64,000 bases of DNA from an uncultured Burkholderiales bacterium (GCA_964417885.1 CAYQKN010000001.1:19905-83904); one strand, 5' to 3'; positions 51,311-59,620 are shown, counted from the first letter of the stretch. Numbers and translations: made by a program. Notes: generated from the sequence alone by a model not told the origin.

Positions 51311-52396
51311 ATGAATAAGAAATTGATCGCCCTCGCTGTCGCTGGCGCTACGTTCGCCCCGGCAGTCATGGCGCAATCGGCCAATCCGGTTACGCTTTAT
51401 GGCCGTGTTTATGTCATGTTTGAATCCGTCAAGGCCAGTGGCGGCTCGGCGATCCCCGTCGGTAGCCGCACCCGTGTATCTGACCAGTCATCGCTGCTGG
51501 GTGTGCGTGGCACGGAAGATCTGGGCGGCGGTTTGAAGGCGTTCTTCCAGCTCGAAACCGCGTTCCGGCCGGATTCGAACGACACCACGTTCGCCGCCCG
51601 CAACAGCGGTGTCGGTCTGCAAGGTGGCTTCGGCAGCATCCTGCTGGGTCGTTGGGACACCCCGTTCAAGTCGGCAACCATTGCTGTTGACCCGTTTGGT
51701 GACCTGACCATCGGCGGCATCACCGGCGCCGTGAATGATCGCGGCAACTTTGACCGTCGCGAGCAGAACGTATTCCAGTACTGGACCCCGAACTTGAGCG
51801 GTTTCGCGGGTCGGTTCAGCTACTCGGCAAATGAAGGAAAAACCGCCGCGGCGACCAACAACGTCAGCCCGAGCGTGATTTCCGCCAATGTGACCTATAC
51901 CAAGGGCCCGATCTATGTCGGTTACGCCTGGGAACGTCATAAGGACATCTACAAGTCCTACGCCGCTGCCGCAGCCAATACCGTTGGTGGCAAGGAAAAA
52001 GGCCAGGCTCTGTTTGGTACCTTCACCTTTGGCCCGATCAAGCTTGGCGCCATCACGGAGAAGTTTGAAAAGAGCAGCGGTACTGCCGCACGCGTGACGG
52101 ACATGAAGGCCAACATGGTTAACGTGACCTACACCGCCGGCAAGAACCAGTTCGTTTACCAGCATGCGCGCTCGAAAGATGGTGATGTGAGCACGGCAGC
52201 CGTTCAGCCGGATTGCAAGATCAATTCCGTTGCCTACTTCTACAACTTCAGCCGTCGCACCTCGTTCCTGGGCCAGTACACCAAGGTCGCAAACAACGCG
52301 GCCGGCCGTTGCAACTTCGGCTCCAACGCGTTGACGCTGAATGGTCCGGATCAGGATCCGACCGGTTTCGCTGCTGGCTTCCGCCACACGTTCTAA
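51311..52396 (+). CDS. general outer-membrane porin (Burkholderiales OmpC/Porin_4 type)
   Basis: Signal MNKKLIALAVAGATFAPAVMAQS, an alternating beta-strand pattern and a C-terminal ...GFRHTF. AAGGAG lies 7 nt upstream of the ATG. Confidence 0.9.
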   Translation: MNKKLIALAVAGATFAPAVMAQSANPVTLYGRVYVMFESVKASGGSAIPVGSRTRVSDQSSLLGVRGTEDLGGGLKAFFQLETAFRPDSNDTTFAARNSGVGLQGGFGSILLGRWDTPFKSATIAVDPFGDLTIGGITGAVNDRGNFDRREQNVFQYWTPNLSGFAGRFSYSANEGKTAAATNNVSPSVISANVTYTKGPIYVGYAWERHKDIYKSYAAAAANTVGGKEKGQALFGTFTFGPIKLGAITEKFEKSSGTAARVTDMKANMVNVTYTAGKNQFVYQHARSKDGDVSTAAVQPDCKINSVAYFYNFSRRTSFLGQYTKVANNAAGRCNFGSNALTLNGPDQDPTGFAAGFRHTF

Positions 52397-52424
52397 GCAA
52401 GCGAATCAGCAAAGTAGTCTTGAT

Positions 52425-52454
52425 GCGGGCACCTTCGGGTGCCCGTTTCTTTTT
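52425..52454 (+). terminator. intrinsic terminator after porin gene
   Basis: GCGGGCACC-ttcg-GGTGCCCG followed by TTTCTTTTT. Confidence 0.78.
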
Positions 52455-52465
52455 ATAATGCTTGG

Positions 52466-53104
52466 ATGAATATTGTCGATCAACTGATTTGTGAACTGGA
52501 TGAGGGGCTACGGACGGTGTTCGCACAGTCGCACGCAAAGCGTCCCGTTCCGCGGCCGGCGACCGGCGCCATGGCTGAAACCGCGGAACTGACGGCCGCC
52601 TCGGCACAGGAATCGATACGCCTGATGCGGGTAAACCACTGCGGCGAGGTCTGCGCCCAGGCGCTTTACCAGGGGCAGGCAATGGTTGCCCGTTCCGCCG
52701 CTACCAGGCAACTGCTGCTGACGGCAGCCAATGAAGAGCGTGACCATCTGGCCTGGTGCGAATCGCGCCTGGACAGCCTCGGTGGAAGCACCAGCCGGCT
52801 CAGCCCCTTGTTTTACGCGGGTTCCTTTGGGCTGGGCGTTGCATCTGGCCTGCTGGGTGATCGATGGAGCCTGGGCTTTCTGGTCGAAACCGAACGTCAG
52901 GTTGAAGCGCATCTGGACGAACATCTGCAGCATATCCCGACCGACGATGCGCCGAGCCGGGCGATCCTGGAAGCCATGCGCGATGATGAAATCCGGCACG
53001 GTCAGTCAGGAGTCGACCATGGCGCCCGCCAGCTGCCTGGCCCGGTCAGGGGGGCGATGAAGGTCGTCTCGCGCTTGATGACGCGCAGCAGCTACTGGGT
53101 CTGA
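52466..53104 (+). CDS. coq7: 2-polyprenyl-3-methyl-6-methoxy-1,4-benzoquinone hydroxylase (demethoxyubiquinone hydroxylase)
   Basis: About 212 aa with di-iron carboxylate ExxH motifs (EERDH, DEIRH) and RVNHCGEVCAQALYQGQ. The N-terminus MNIVDQLICELDEGLR resembles other bacterial Coq7 proteins. Confidence 0.9.
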   Translation: MNIVDQLICELDEGLRTVFAQSHAKRPVPRPATGAMAETAELTAASAQESIRLMRVNHCGEVCAQALYQGQAMVARSAATRQLLLTAANEERDHLAWCESRLDSLGGSTSRLSPLFYAGSFGLGVASGLLGDRWSLGFLVETERQVEAHLDEHLQHIPTDDAPSRAILEAMRDDEIRHGQSGVDHGARQLPGPVRGAMKVVSRLMTRSSYWV

Positions 53105-53127
53105 ACCACCGCCGCATTCGGAGAAAC

Positions 53128-53152
53128 GCCGGCTTGCATGTTGGCAGCCGGC
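53128..53152. terminator. hairpin between convergent coq7 and osmC-like genes
   Basis: GCCGGCT-11 nt-AGCCGGC, followed by a T-rich stretch ATGTGTTTGTTT on the + strand. Confidence 0.4.
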
Positions 53153-53162
53153 ATGTGTTTGT

Positions 53163-53585
53163 TTATGCGCCGGCGGCGCGAATTTCAAAATCGTGCGTGA
53201 CCTCGGCCGTTTTCGCCAGCATGGCGGAGGCCGAGCAATACACTTCAGCAGATAGTTTTATCGCGCGCTCAACCTTGGCCGGATTCAGGCCGTTTCCCGT
53301 AACAACAAAGTGAAAATGAATACGGGTAAAGACTTTCGGGTCAGTGTGTGCTCGCTCAGCCTGCAATTCGACGACGCAATCAGTGATGGGTTCACGTCCC
53401 TTGCGAAGGATATGGATGACGTCAAAGGCACTGCATGCCCCGGTGCCAATCAAGACTGTTTCCATTGGTCGCGGGCCGAGATTCCTGCCGCCGGATTCAG
53501 GCGAGCCGTCCATGACCAAGGCGTGGCCACTCTCGGTTTCACCGACAAATGCCACGTTTTCAATCCATTTGATGCGTGCTTTCAC
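53163..53585 (-). CDS. OsmC/Ohr family peroxiredoxin-like protein
   Basis: 140 aa from a GTG preceded by AGGAGG at 6-nt spacing. Conserved Cys contexts GTGACSAFDV and EVYCSASAML. The longer track ORF (to 53777) would run through the rplM promoter. Confidence 0.85.
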   Translation of the reverse strand: MKARIKWIENVAFVGETESGHALVMDGSPESGGRNLGPRPMETVLIGTGACSAFDVIHILRKGREPITDCVVELQAERAHTDPKVFTRIHFHFVVTGNGLNPAKVERAIKLSAEVYCSASAMLAKTAEVTHDFEIRAAGA

Positions 53586-53663
53586 GATCTGCCTCCTGGT
53601 TGCGATCGGAGTATAGCGAACCGCGCCAGTCGCAGCAGGTTGACGCCAATCGTCAATCAAGGT

Positions 53664-53693
53664 TTGACACGGAGTCATTGAATTTATTATAAT
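53664..53693 (+). promoter_or_regulatory. consensus sigma70 promoter for rplM-rpsI
   Basis: TTGACA-18 nt-TATAAT (both hexamers perfect), about 125 nt upstream of the rplM ATG. Confidence 0.65.
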
Positions 53694-53819
53694 TTTCAGT
53701 TCTGCCAAGTACTCCCCGTTTGCTTGGCGACGGCATTTGCCACCGGCACGACGTCCAATCGGCGCCGGATGCGGCAAATCAAATTACAAGCAACCCCAAG
53801 CCAATTAGCGAGTACAGCA

Positions 53820-54248
53820 ATGAAAACCTTTTCTGCCAAACCCCATGAAGTCGTGCACGGGTGGTATCACGTCGATGCGACCGACCTCGTTCTAGGCCGT
53901 CTGGCCGCCGAAGTGGCATCGCGCCTGCGCGGCAAGCACAAGCCTGAATTCACACCGCACGTTGACACCGGCGATTTCATCGTCGTGACCAACGTGGAAA
54001 AGATCCGCGTGACGGGCAACAAAGCCGAAGACAAGAAGTATTTCCGCCATTCCGGCTATCCCGGCGGCATCTACGAAACCAACTTCAACAAGCTGCAGCA
54101 GAAGCATCCCGAGCGCGTCCTCGAAAAGGCCGTCAAGGGCATGCTGCCGAAAGGCCCCCTGGGCTACGCGATGATCAAGAAGCTGAAGATGTATGCCGGT
54201 AGCACGCATCCCCACAGCGCCCAGCAACCTAAAGAACTCAAGATCTAA
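53820..54248 (+). CDS. rplM: 50S ribosomal protein L13
   Basis: 142 aa. [29 protein letters not shown]... is canonical L13. Confidence 0.97.
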   Translation: MKTFSAKPHEVVHGWYHVDATDLVLGRLAAEVASRLRGKHKPEFTPHVDTGDFIVVTNVEKIRVTGNKAEDKKYFRHSGYPGGIYETNFNKLQQKHPERVLEKAVKGMLPKGPLGYAMIKKLKMYAGSTHPHSAQQPKELKI

Positions 54249-54260
54249 GGAACCGCAATC

Positions 54261-54653
54261 ATGGTAGGCAAATATCATTACGGAACGGGCCGCCGCAAAA
54301 ATGCGGTGGCACGTGTTTTCATGAAGCCGGGCAAGGGCGACATCGTCGTCAATGACAAGCCCCTGGATGTGTATTTTTCCCGCGAAACCGGCCGCATGGT
54401 TGTGCGTCAGCCGCTGGAACTGGTGGGCAGTGTCGACAAGTTCGACATCATGGTCAATGTTTTTGGCGGTGGCGAATCTGGCCAGGCCGGCGCGGTTCGG
54501 CACGGCATTACCCGCGCCCTGATTGATTTTGACGCCAACCTCAAGCCGCAACTGTCCAAAGCCGGCTTTGTGACACGCGACGCACGCGAAGTCGAGCGCA
54601 AGAAGGTCGGCCTGCACAAAGCGCGTCGCCGCAAACAGTTCTCGAAGCGCTAG
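54261..54653 (+). CDS. rpsI: 30S ribosomal protein S9
   Basis: 130 aa. ...[19 protein letters not shown]... and C-terminal [17 protein letters not shown]. Confidence 0.97.
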   Translation: MVGKYHYGTGRRKNAVARVFMKPGKGDIVVNDKPLDVYFSRETGRMVVRQPLELVGSVDKFDIMVNVFGGGESGQAGAVRHGITRALIDFDANLKPQLSKAGFVTRDAREVERKKVGLHKARRRKQFSKR

Positions 54654-54686
54654 GCGTTATCGCATCGCTGCGCGTCGTCAGCCTGG

Positions 54687-54711
54687 AAAAAGCCGCTGCA
54701 TGCGGCTTTTT
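54687..54711 (+). terminator. intrinsic terminator after rpsI
   Basis: AAAAAGCCGC-tgcat-GCGGCTTTTT. Confidence 0.78.
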
Positions 54712-54767
54712 CCCCTTTTGACGAGAAGAGTTCCCGTGGCTTTCCCGCCCCCGAAGGCAATCATCCG

Positions 54768-55532
54768 GTGCTGAGTCAAATGAAACTTCGCGGTTCCTGG
54801 CGCAAAATCCGATCCAAGATAGGCATTCGCTCGGAGCGGATGGCCATCCGGACGCATTCGCCGTGGTACCTGAAGTTCGGCAGTTACGGCCTGATGATGG
54901 GCGTCGCCGCGGCGGTCGCGTGGTACCTGGTTGACAACAGCTACCGCATCACCGGCTTCAACCGCGAGGAAGCGAAGGCGCAGATCGCGACCCTGACCGC
55001 AGAAAACGAGCGCCTCAAGCGTGAATTTGAGTTGACCAAGACCCTGCTCAACGAACGCGAAAGCCAACTCAAGGTCGAAAAGGCGGCGCAGGCCGAATTC
55101 GGCAAGAATCTGACGCAACTTCAAGACGAGAACTCCAGCCTGAAGGAAGACCTGGGCTTCCTGCGAAACATCATGTCGACCGGCAGCGTGCCGGAGGGCT
55201 TGGCGATATCAAACCTGAAAGTTGAAGCCGATGCCCTTCCCAACGAATATCGCTACCGCCTGTTGCTGACCCAGGGCGGCCAACGCAAGCTCGACTTCAA
55301 GGGCAAAGTTCAGTTGATTGCCCGCGTGCAGCAGGGTAGCGAACTCAATACACTCAGTTTTCCCAACGATGGCGAACTGCGCAAGCCGGGCGGGGAGCTT
55401 GAATTCCGCTTTTACCAAAAAGTCGATGGCAGGTTTAGAATTCCCGAAGGATCTCAATTGAAGAGCATCCAGGTTCGAGTCCTTGGCCTGCCAGCGTACG
55501 ACGTCCGAAGTCAGCGCGGATTAAACTTCTAG
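54768..55532 (+). CDS. membrane-anchored coiled-coil protein of unknown function
   Basis: One TM helix (YGLMMGVAAAVAWYLV), about 70 aa of heptad-like coiled coil (EEAKAQIATLTAENERLKREFELTKTLLNERESQLKVEKAAQAEF...LQDENSSLKEDLGFLRNIM), then a beta-rich C-terminal domain. The start is uncertain (GTG 54768, ATG 54780 or ATG 54840 with GGAG). Confidence 0.7.
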   Translation: MLSQMKLRGSWRKIRSKIGIRSERMAIRTHSPWYLKFGSYGLMMGVAAAVAWYLVDNSYRITGFNREEAKAQIATLTAENERLKREFELTKTLLNERESQLKVEKAAQAEFGKNLTQLQDENSSLKEDLGFLRNIMSTGSVPEGLAISNLKVEADALPNEYRYRLLLTQGGQRKLDFKGKVQLIARVQQGSELNTLSFPNDGELRKPGGELEFRFYQKVDGRFRIPEGSQLKSIQVRVLGLPAYDVRSQRGLNF

Positions 55533-55541
55533 GAGCGTTCA

Positions 55542-55949
55542 ATGTTTGGCAACAAATCAAACAAACCTAGCCCGATCGACAGCCTGATTGGCGCCGGTTC
55601 CACAATAACCGGTGATGTCCATTTCACCGGCGGTCTGCGGGTTGACGGCTGTGTTATCGGCAATATCAAGGCGGTCGGCGACAAGCCCGGCACGCTGGTG
55701 TTGTCGGAAATGGCCAAGATTGAGGGCGAGATTGACGTTGGTCACATCGTCATCAACGGCACCGTCGCCGGACCTGTCCGCGCCAAGGAGTACCTGGAGC
55801 TGTTGCCGAAGGCACGCGTCACCGGAGACGTCAGCTACAAAACGATCGAAATCCACGTCGGCGCCATCGTGATGGGCCGCATGGTGCACGAGGGCGAACC
55901 GCGTGCTGCCGAAAAGGTTCTTGAATTCAAGCCGGCCGCGAGCAATTGA
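55542..55949 (+). CDS. bactofilin (polymer-forming cytoskeletal protein)
   Basis: 135 aa. Repetitive beta-helix pattern LIGAGSTITGDVHFTGGLRVDGCVIGNI...IEGEIDVGHIVINGTVAGPVRAKEYLELLPKARVTGDVSYKTIEIHVGAIVMGRM. Starts 9 nt after the preceding gene. Confidence 0.85.
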   Translation: MFGNKSNKPSPIDSLIGAGSTITGDVHFTGGLRVDGCVIGNIKAVGDKPGTLVLSEMAKIEGEIDVGHIVINGTVAGPVRAKEYLELLPKARVTGDVSYKTIEIHVGAIVMGRMVHEGEPRAAEKVLEFKPAASN

Positions 55950-56012
55950 AAATCACGGAATCGGCACAAACTGAAGTAGACTTAAGTCTGAATTGCAGAT
56001 CTGGAGATAGAG

Positions 56013-56363
56013 ATGAATGACATGTCAATGATGCCCTCGCCGCTGGTATTTTCCGACAGCGCCGCGGACAAGGTAAAGGCCCTCATCGTTGAAGAGGGCA
56101 ACGAAGATCTGAAGCTGCGCGTGTTTGTGACCGGCGGCGGCTGCTCCGGCCTGCAATATGGCTTTACGTTTGACGAAATTTCCAATGAAGACGACACGAT
56201 CATGGAAAAGAATGGCGTCAAGCTGTTGATCGATCCCATGAGCTACCAGTACCTGATCGGCGCCGAGATCGATTACACCGAGGGGCTCGAGGGTGCGCAG
56301 TTTGTGATCAAGAACCCGAATGCATCCAGTACCTGCGGCTGCGGTTCGTCATTCGCCGTCTGA
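56013..56363 (+). CDS. erpA: iron-sulfur cluster insertion protein ErpA (A-type carrier)
   Basis: 116 aa with [13 protein letters not shown] and a C-terminal CGCGSSF. Confidence 0.93.
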   Translation: MNDMSMMPSPLVFSDSAADKVKALIVEEGNEDLKLRVFVTGGGCSGLQYGFTFDEISNEDDTIMEKNGVKLLIDPMSYQYLIGAEIDYTEGLEGAQFVIKNPNASSTCGCGSSFAV

Positions 56364-56388
56364 TCCGTCCTTTACACCTGAAACACCG

Positions 56389-56416
56389 CGGAGGCCGACT
56401 GGCCTCCGTTCTTTTT
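56389..56416 (+). terminator. intrinsic terminator after erpA
   Basis: CGGAGGCC-gact-GGCCTCCG followed by TTCTTTTT. Confidence 0.78.
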
Positions 56417-56499
56417 GTCGGTCCGCGCCTCATGCGGCATTTGCATGTGACGAAGGCCGCTCATGCCGCAACCCTGAATTTGACGACAGGAAATCATAG

Positions 56500-59169
56500 A
56501 TGACCACACCCACAATTCTTTCCCGCCCGATGAAGACCCTGACAGCGGCGGTTCTGCTTGCCATTTCATCCGCCGCAGTTTCGCAGGCGCCACCGGCCGC
56601 AAATCCGGCGGTCGCGCCGGTGGCGGCCGCGCCAGTGGCACCGCCCGCGCCGGCCGCCGCCGCGCCGCGCCCGTTCAAGGACGTGGTCAAGGACGCGACC
56701 GAAGTCCCCGGCTTTTTCACCGCATACCAGAAAGACGAAAAAGTCTGGCTCGCGATCAAGCCTGAACAGTTCGGCAAGCCCTTCTTCTTTTCCTACAATA
56801 TTCCGCAAAGCGTGGGTGAACGCGGCTTGTATGGCAGCCAGATGGGCGGATCGCAAATGGGCGTGTTCCGCAAAATCGGACAGCAGGTGCAACTGGTCGC
56901 GGTGAATACCGAATTCTTTGCCAAGACGGGCACACCACAGGCGCAGTTTGTCGCTGAGGCATTTTCGGACAGCCTGCTTGCCAGTGCACCGGCCGTGTCT
57001 TCACCCCATCCGGACAGCAAGGCGATTCTGGTTGATGCCGGCGCGCTGCTGATCAACGACATTCCGGGCTATGCCACGCGTCTGGATGTCGCCTACCGGA
57101 TGGGATTTGCACTCGACAAGCCGAACTCGGGAATCACCCGGGTCAACAACACGCCGCTGTTGACGGGCATCCAGGTGAAAACGCACTTTTCCGTTCCGAA
57201 GCTGAACGCGCCGCCGCTGACGCCGCCACCGGTGCCGACTCCCGCGCCGCCACGCGCCACGCCGGATCCGCGCAGCCTGTTCGTCAGCTTCTACTACAAC
57301 TTCGCGCAACTGCCGGAGCAGCCGATGGCGCCACGTGTGGCAGACGAGCGCATTGGCCACTTTGTCACCTCGCGTACCGACTTCACCGAGGACCTCTCGC
57401 CGAACGTGAAGCAGTATTACGTCAACCGCTGGCGTCTTGAAAAGAAGGATCCCGGCGCCGCGGTATCCGAGGCAAAGGAACCGGTGGTGTATTGGCTGGA
57501 CAAGAACATCCCGGACAAATATCGCAAAGCAGTGGCTGAGGGCATCCTGGAATGGAACAAGGCCTTTGAGAAGGCCGGCATCAGGAATGCGCTGGTGGTC
57601 AAGCAGCAGACGGAAAAGGATGACTTCGACACCATGGATGCGCGTCACGCGTCGGTCCGCTGGTTTGTTGGTGCGGACGTCGGTTTCGCAATCGGGCCAT
57701 CGGATGTCGATCCCCGCACCGGCGAAATTCTGGATGCGGACATTGGTATGTCCGACGTGTTCGCACGGGGTGCGCGCCGCCAGGTGGCAGAAGACTTCAG
57801 CCGCCCGGTTGCATCAGACCTGTCTGCGATGAATGATCCACTGACTGCGCACAAGAAGCTCGCGGCCTGCAACTATGCCGGGCAGGCGGCGCACGAAATG
57901 CATTTCGCCATGGATTTGCTGGAAGCGCGCGGCATGGACATGGATAGCCCGGAGGCGGAGGCGGTCGCCCAGGCCTATGTGAAGGACGTGATCATGCACG
58001 AGGTCGGGCATACGCTTGGCTTCCGCCATAATTTCAAGGCGTCGACCGTGTACTCGATGAAGCAGATCCAGGACCTTGAGTTCACGAGAAAGAACGGCAT
58101 CACCGCTTCGGTAATGGACTACACGCCTTTCAACCTCGCGACCAAGGGGGAGAAGCAGCCGGAATATGTCATGTCCACACTTGGTCCGTACGATTACTGG
58201 GCAGTCGAATATGCCTACAAGCCGATCGCGCCGGCTGACGAGAAAGCTGAACTGGAGAAGATCGCCTCACGCTCAAACGAGCCGTTCCTCGCCTACGCGA
58301 CCGACGAAGACGCCGGATACGGCCCGCTGCTTGGCATTGATCCGGAAGCCAACCGGTTCGACCTCGGTGGCGATCCGCTCGAGTACTACAAAAAGCGGAT
58401 GAAACTTTCGCGCGAACTTTGGGACCGCCTGCAGTCCATGCAGCTCAAGCCTGGTGAAAGCTACGAGCGTCTGACCCGCAGTTTTGCGGCCGGCTTCAAC
58501 CAGCTGGCGCGGGTTGCGCCGCTGGCGGCAAAGTACGTCGGCGGCGTCAAGCACCTGCGTGACCGCGCCGGAACCGGACGTCCGCTGTATGAGCCGACAC
58601 CCGTGGCGCGGCAGCGCGAAGCGCTCAACCTTCTGACAGAAGGCCTGTTCAGGGTCGACAGCTTCAAGTTCAAGCCGGAGTTCGTGTCCCGCATCGGTAT
58701 CGACCATTTTGAACGGCGCGGCAATCCCGACATTTCCATCGCCACCCGTGTACTCGGCGTGCAGCGCGAAGTGCTGGACGCGCTGATGGCCGACGGCGTC
58801 GCACAGCGCATGCTTGATGCGCAGGACAAGGTTGCCGATCCGGCCAAGCTGCTCAAGCTGTCCGATCTTTACGATGCGCTGCAGGGTGCCATCTGGAGTG
58901 AGTTGCGCACGGGGGGAGACATCGGCAGCCTGCGGCGTAATCTCCAGCGCGAGCACCTGAAACGCGTGTCGACCGCCTTGGTCAGGGCGTCCGGCAACAC
59001 GCCGGCGGATGCGCGCAGCCTGCAGCGCGAGAACGCCATCCAGTTGCAGAGCCAGATCCGTGCATCGCTGGGCAAACCAATGAGCAGGGAAGCCAGGGCT
59101 CACTTGTCGGAAAGCCTGAACACACTGACCGAGGCGCTGAAAGCGCCGATGCAGAGGGCGGGCGCCTGA
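56500..59169 (+). CDS. secreted large zinc metalloprotease (metzincin-like HExxHxxGxxH)
   Basis: 889 aa with a signal peptide, an Ala/Pro-rich linker (QAPPAANPAVAPVAAAPVAPPAPAAAAPRPF) and the active site HEVGHTLGFRHNF. Confidence 0.8.
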   Translation: MTTPTILSRPMKTLTAAVLLAISSAAVSQAPPAANPAVAPVAAAPVAPPAPAAAAPRPFKDVVKDATEVPGFFTAYQKDEKVWLAIKPEQFGKPFFFSYNIPQSVGERGLYGSQMGGSQMGVFRKIGQQVQLVAVNTEFFAKTGTPQAQFVAEAFSDSLLASAPAVSSPHPDSKAILVDAGALLINDIPGYATRLDVAYRMGFALDKPNSGITRVNNTPLLTGIQVKTHFSVPKLNAPPLTPPPVPTPAPPRATPDPRSLFVSFYYNFAQLPEQPMAPRVADERIGHFVTSRTDFTEDLSPNVKQYYVNRWRLEKKDPGAAVSEAKEPVVYWLDKNIPDKYRKAVAEGILEWNKAFEKAGIRNALVVKQQTEKDDFDTMDARHASVRWFVGADVGFAIGPSDVDPRTGEILDADIGMSDVFARGARRQVAEDFSRPVASDLSAMNDPLTAHKKLAACNYAGQAAHEMHFAMDLLEARGMDMDSPEAEAVAQAYVKDVIMHEVGHTLGFRHNFKASTVYSMKQIQDLEFTRKNGITASVMDYTPFNLATKGEKQPEYVMSTLGPYDYWAVEYAYKPIAPADEKAELEKIASRSNEPFLAYATDEDAGYGPLLGIDPEANRFDLGGDPLEYYKKRMKLSRELWDRLQSMQLKPGESYERLTRSFAAGFNQLARVAPLAAKYVGGVKHLRDRAGTGRPLYEPTPVARQREALNLLTEGLFRVDSFKFKPEFVSRIGIDHFERRGNPDISIATRVLGVQREVLDALMADGVAQRMLDAQDKVADPAKLLKLSDLYDALQGAIWSELRTGGDIGSLRRNLQREHLKRVSTALVRASGNTPADARSLQRENAIQLQSQIRASLGKPMSREARAHLSESLNTLTEALKAPMQRAGA

Positions 59170-59191
59170 GCAAACGATGGCGCGGGGAAAA

Positions 59192-59215
59192 GGGCTGCGC
59201 GAGCAGCCCCTTTTT
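59192..59215 (+). terminator. intrinsic terminator after metalloprotease gene
   Basis: GGGCTGC-gcga-GCAGCCC followed by CTTTTT. Confidence 0.65.
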
Positions 59216-59223
59216 GATATAAT
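59215..59223 (+). promoter_or_regulatory. extended -10 promoter element (TGaTATAAT)
   Basis: TG-a-TATAAT lies 35 nt upstream of the small ORF ATG. No good -35 is present, which is compatible with an extended -10 promoter. Confidence 0.4.
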
Positions 59224-59258
59224 TACTTGTTTCGCAAATCATTTCGCAGGGGAAAATC

Positions 59259-59390
59259 ATGGCTGGAGAACGTAAACGCACCCGTCGCAACACGCTTGAG
59301 CGTCGTTGCCTGGGCAAGGATTACAAACGTCTGTTTATGGGCTCAACCAAGTCCATCTTCAAGATGCTGGAAAAGATCAAGAAGATCTGA
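59259..59390 (+). CDS. candidate 43-aa highly basic small protein (not in ORF track)
   Basis: MAGERKRTRRNTLERRCLGKDYKRLFMGSTKSIFKMLEKIKKI (15 K/R, 4 D/E). AGGGGA lies 6 nt upstream of the ATG. Bracketed by the extended -10 element and a strong terminator. Confidence 0.5.
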   Translation: MAGERKRTRRNTLERRCLGKDYKRLFMGSTKSIFKMLEKIKKI

Positions 59391-59414
59391 TTCAGGAATC
59401 TGAATTGCAAAAAA

Positions 59415-59444
59415 GCCGCTGAGATTTCAGCGGCTTTTTCTTTT
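59415..59444 (+). terminator. intrinsic terminator after small basic ORF
   Basis: GCCGCTGA-gatt-TCAGCGGC followed by TTTTTCTTTT and preceded by an A-run, so it is potentially bidirectional. Confidence 0.8.
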
Positions 59445-59589
59445 CCGGCGCGTCTCGCATGAACAGAGGGCCACTCGCGGCGCTTTCTGTGCAGATTTCA
59501 GTGACGACGAATCACGCATTTGCATTCACCTTGTCCGAAAGTATTTCATCATCCGCGCCATCCATGCTGCGCCGCAGCATCGAAAGTGA

Positions 59590-59618
59590 TTGACAGCTCC
59601 ACGGTCGAGTAATACGCT
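59590..59618 (+). promoter_or_regulatory. sigma70-like promoter of the TetR-fadE operon
   Basis: TTGACA-17 nt-TACGCT, about 65 nt upstream of the TetR ATG. Confidence 0.5.
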
Positions 59619-59620
59619 CA

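Noticed and set aside
53586-53777. Upstream 64 codons of track ORF 53163-53777 (-), giving a long OsmC-like protein.
   Set aside because: An AGGAGG-6 nt-GTG start at 53585 gives a standard 140-aa OsmC-family protein. The extension would overlap the perfect TTGACA-18-TATAAT rplM promoter region.
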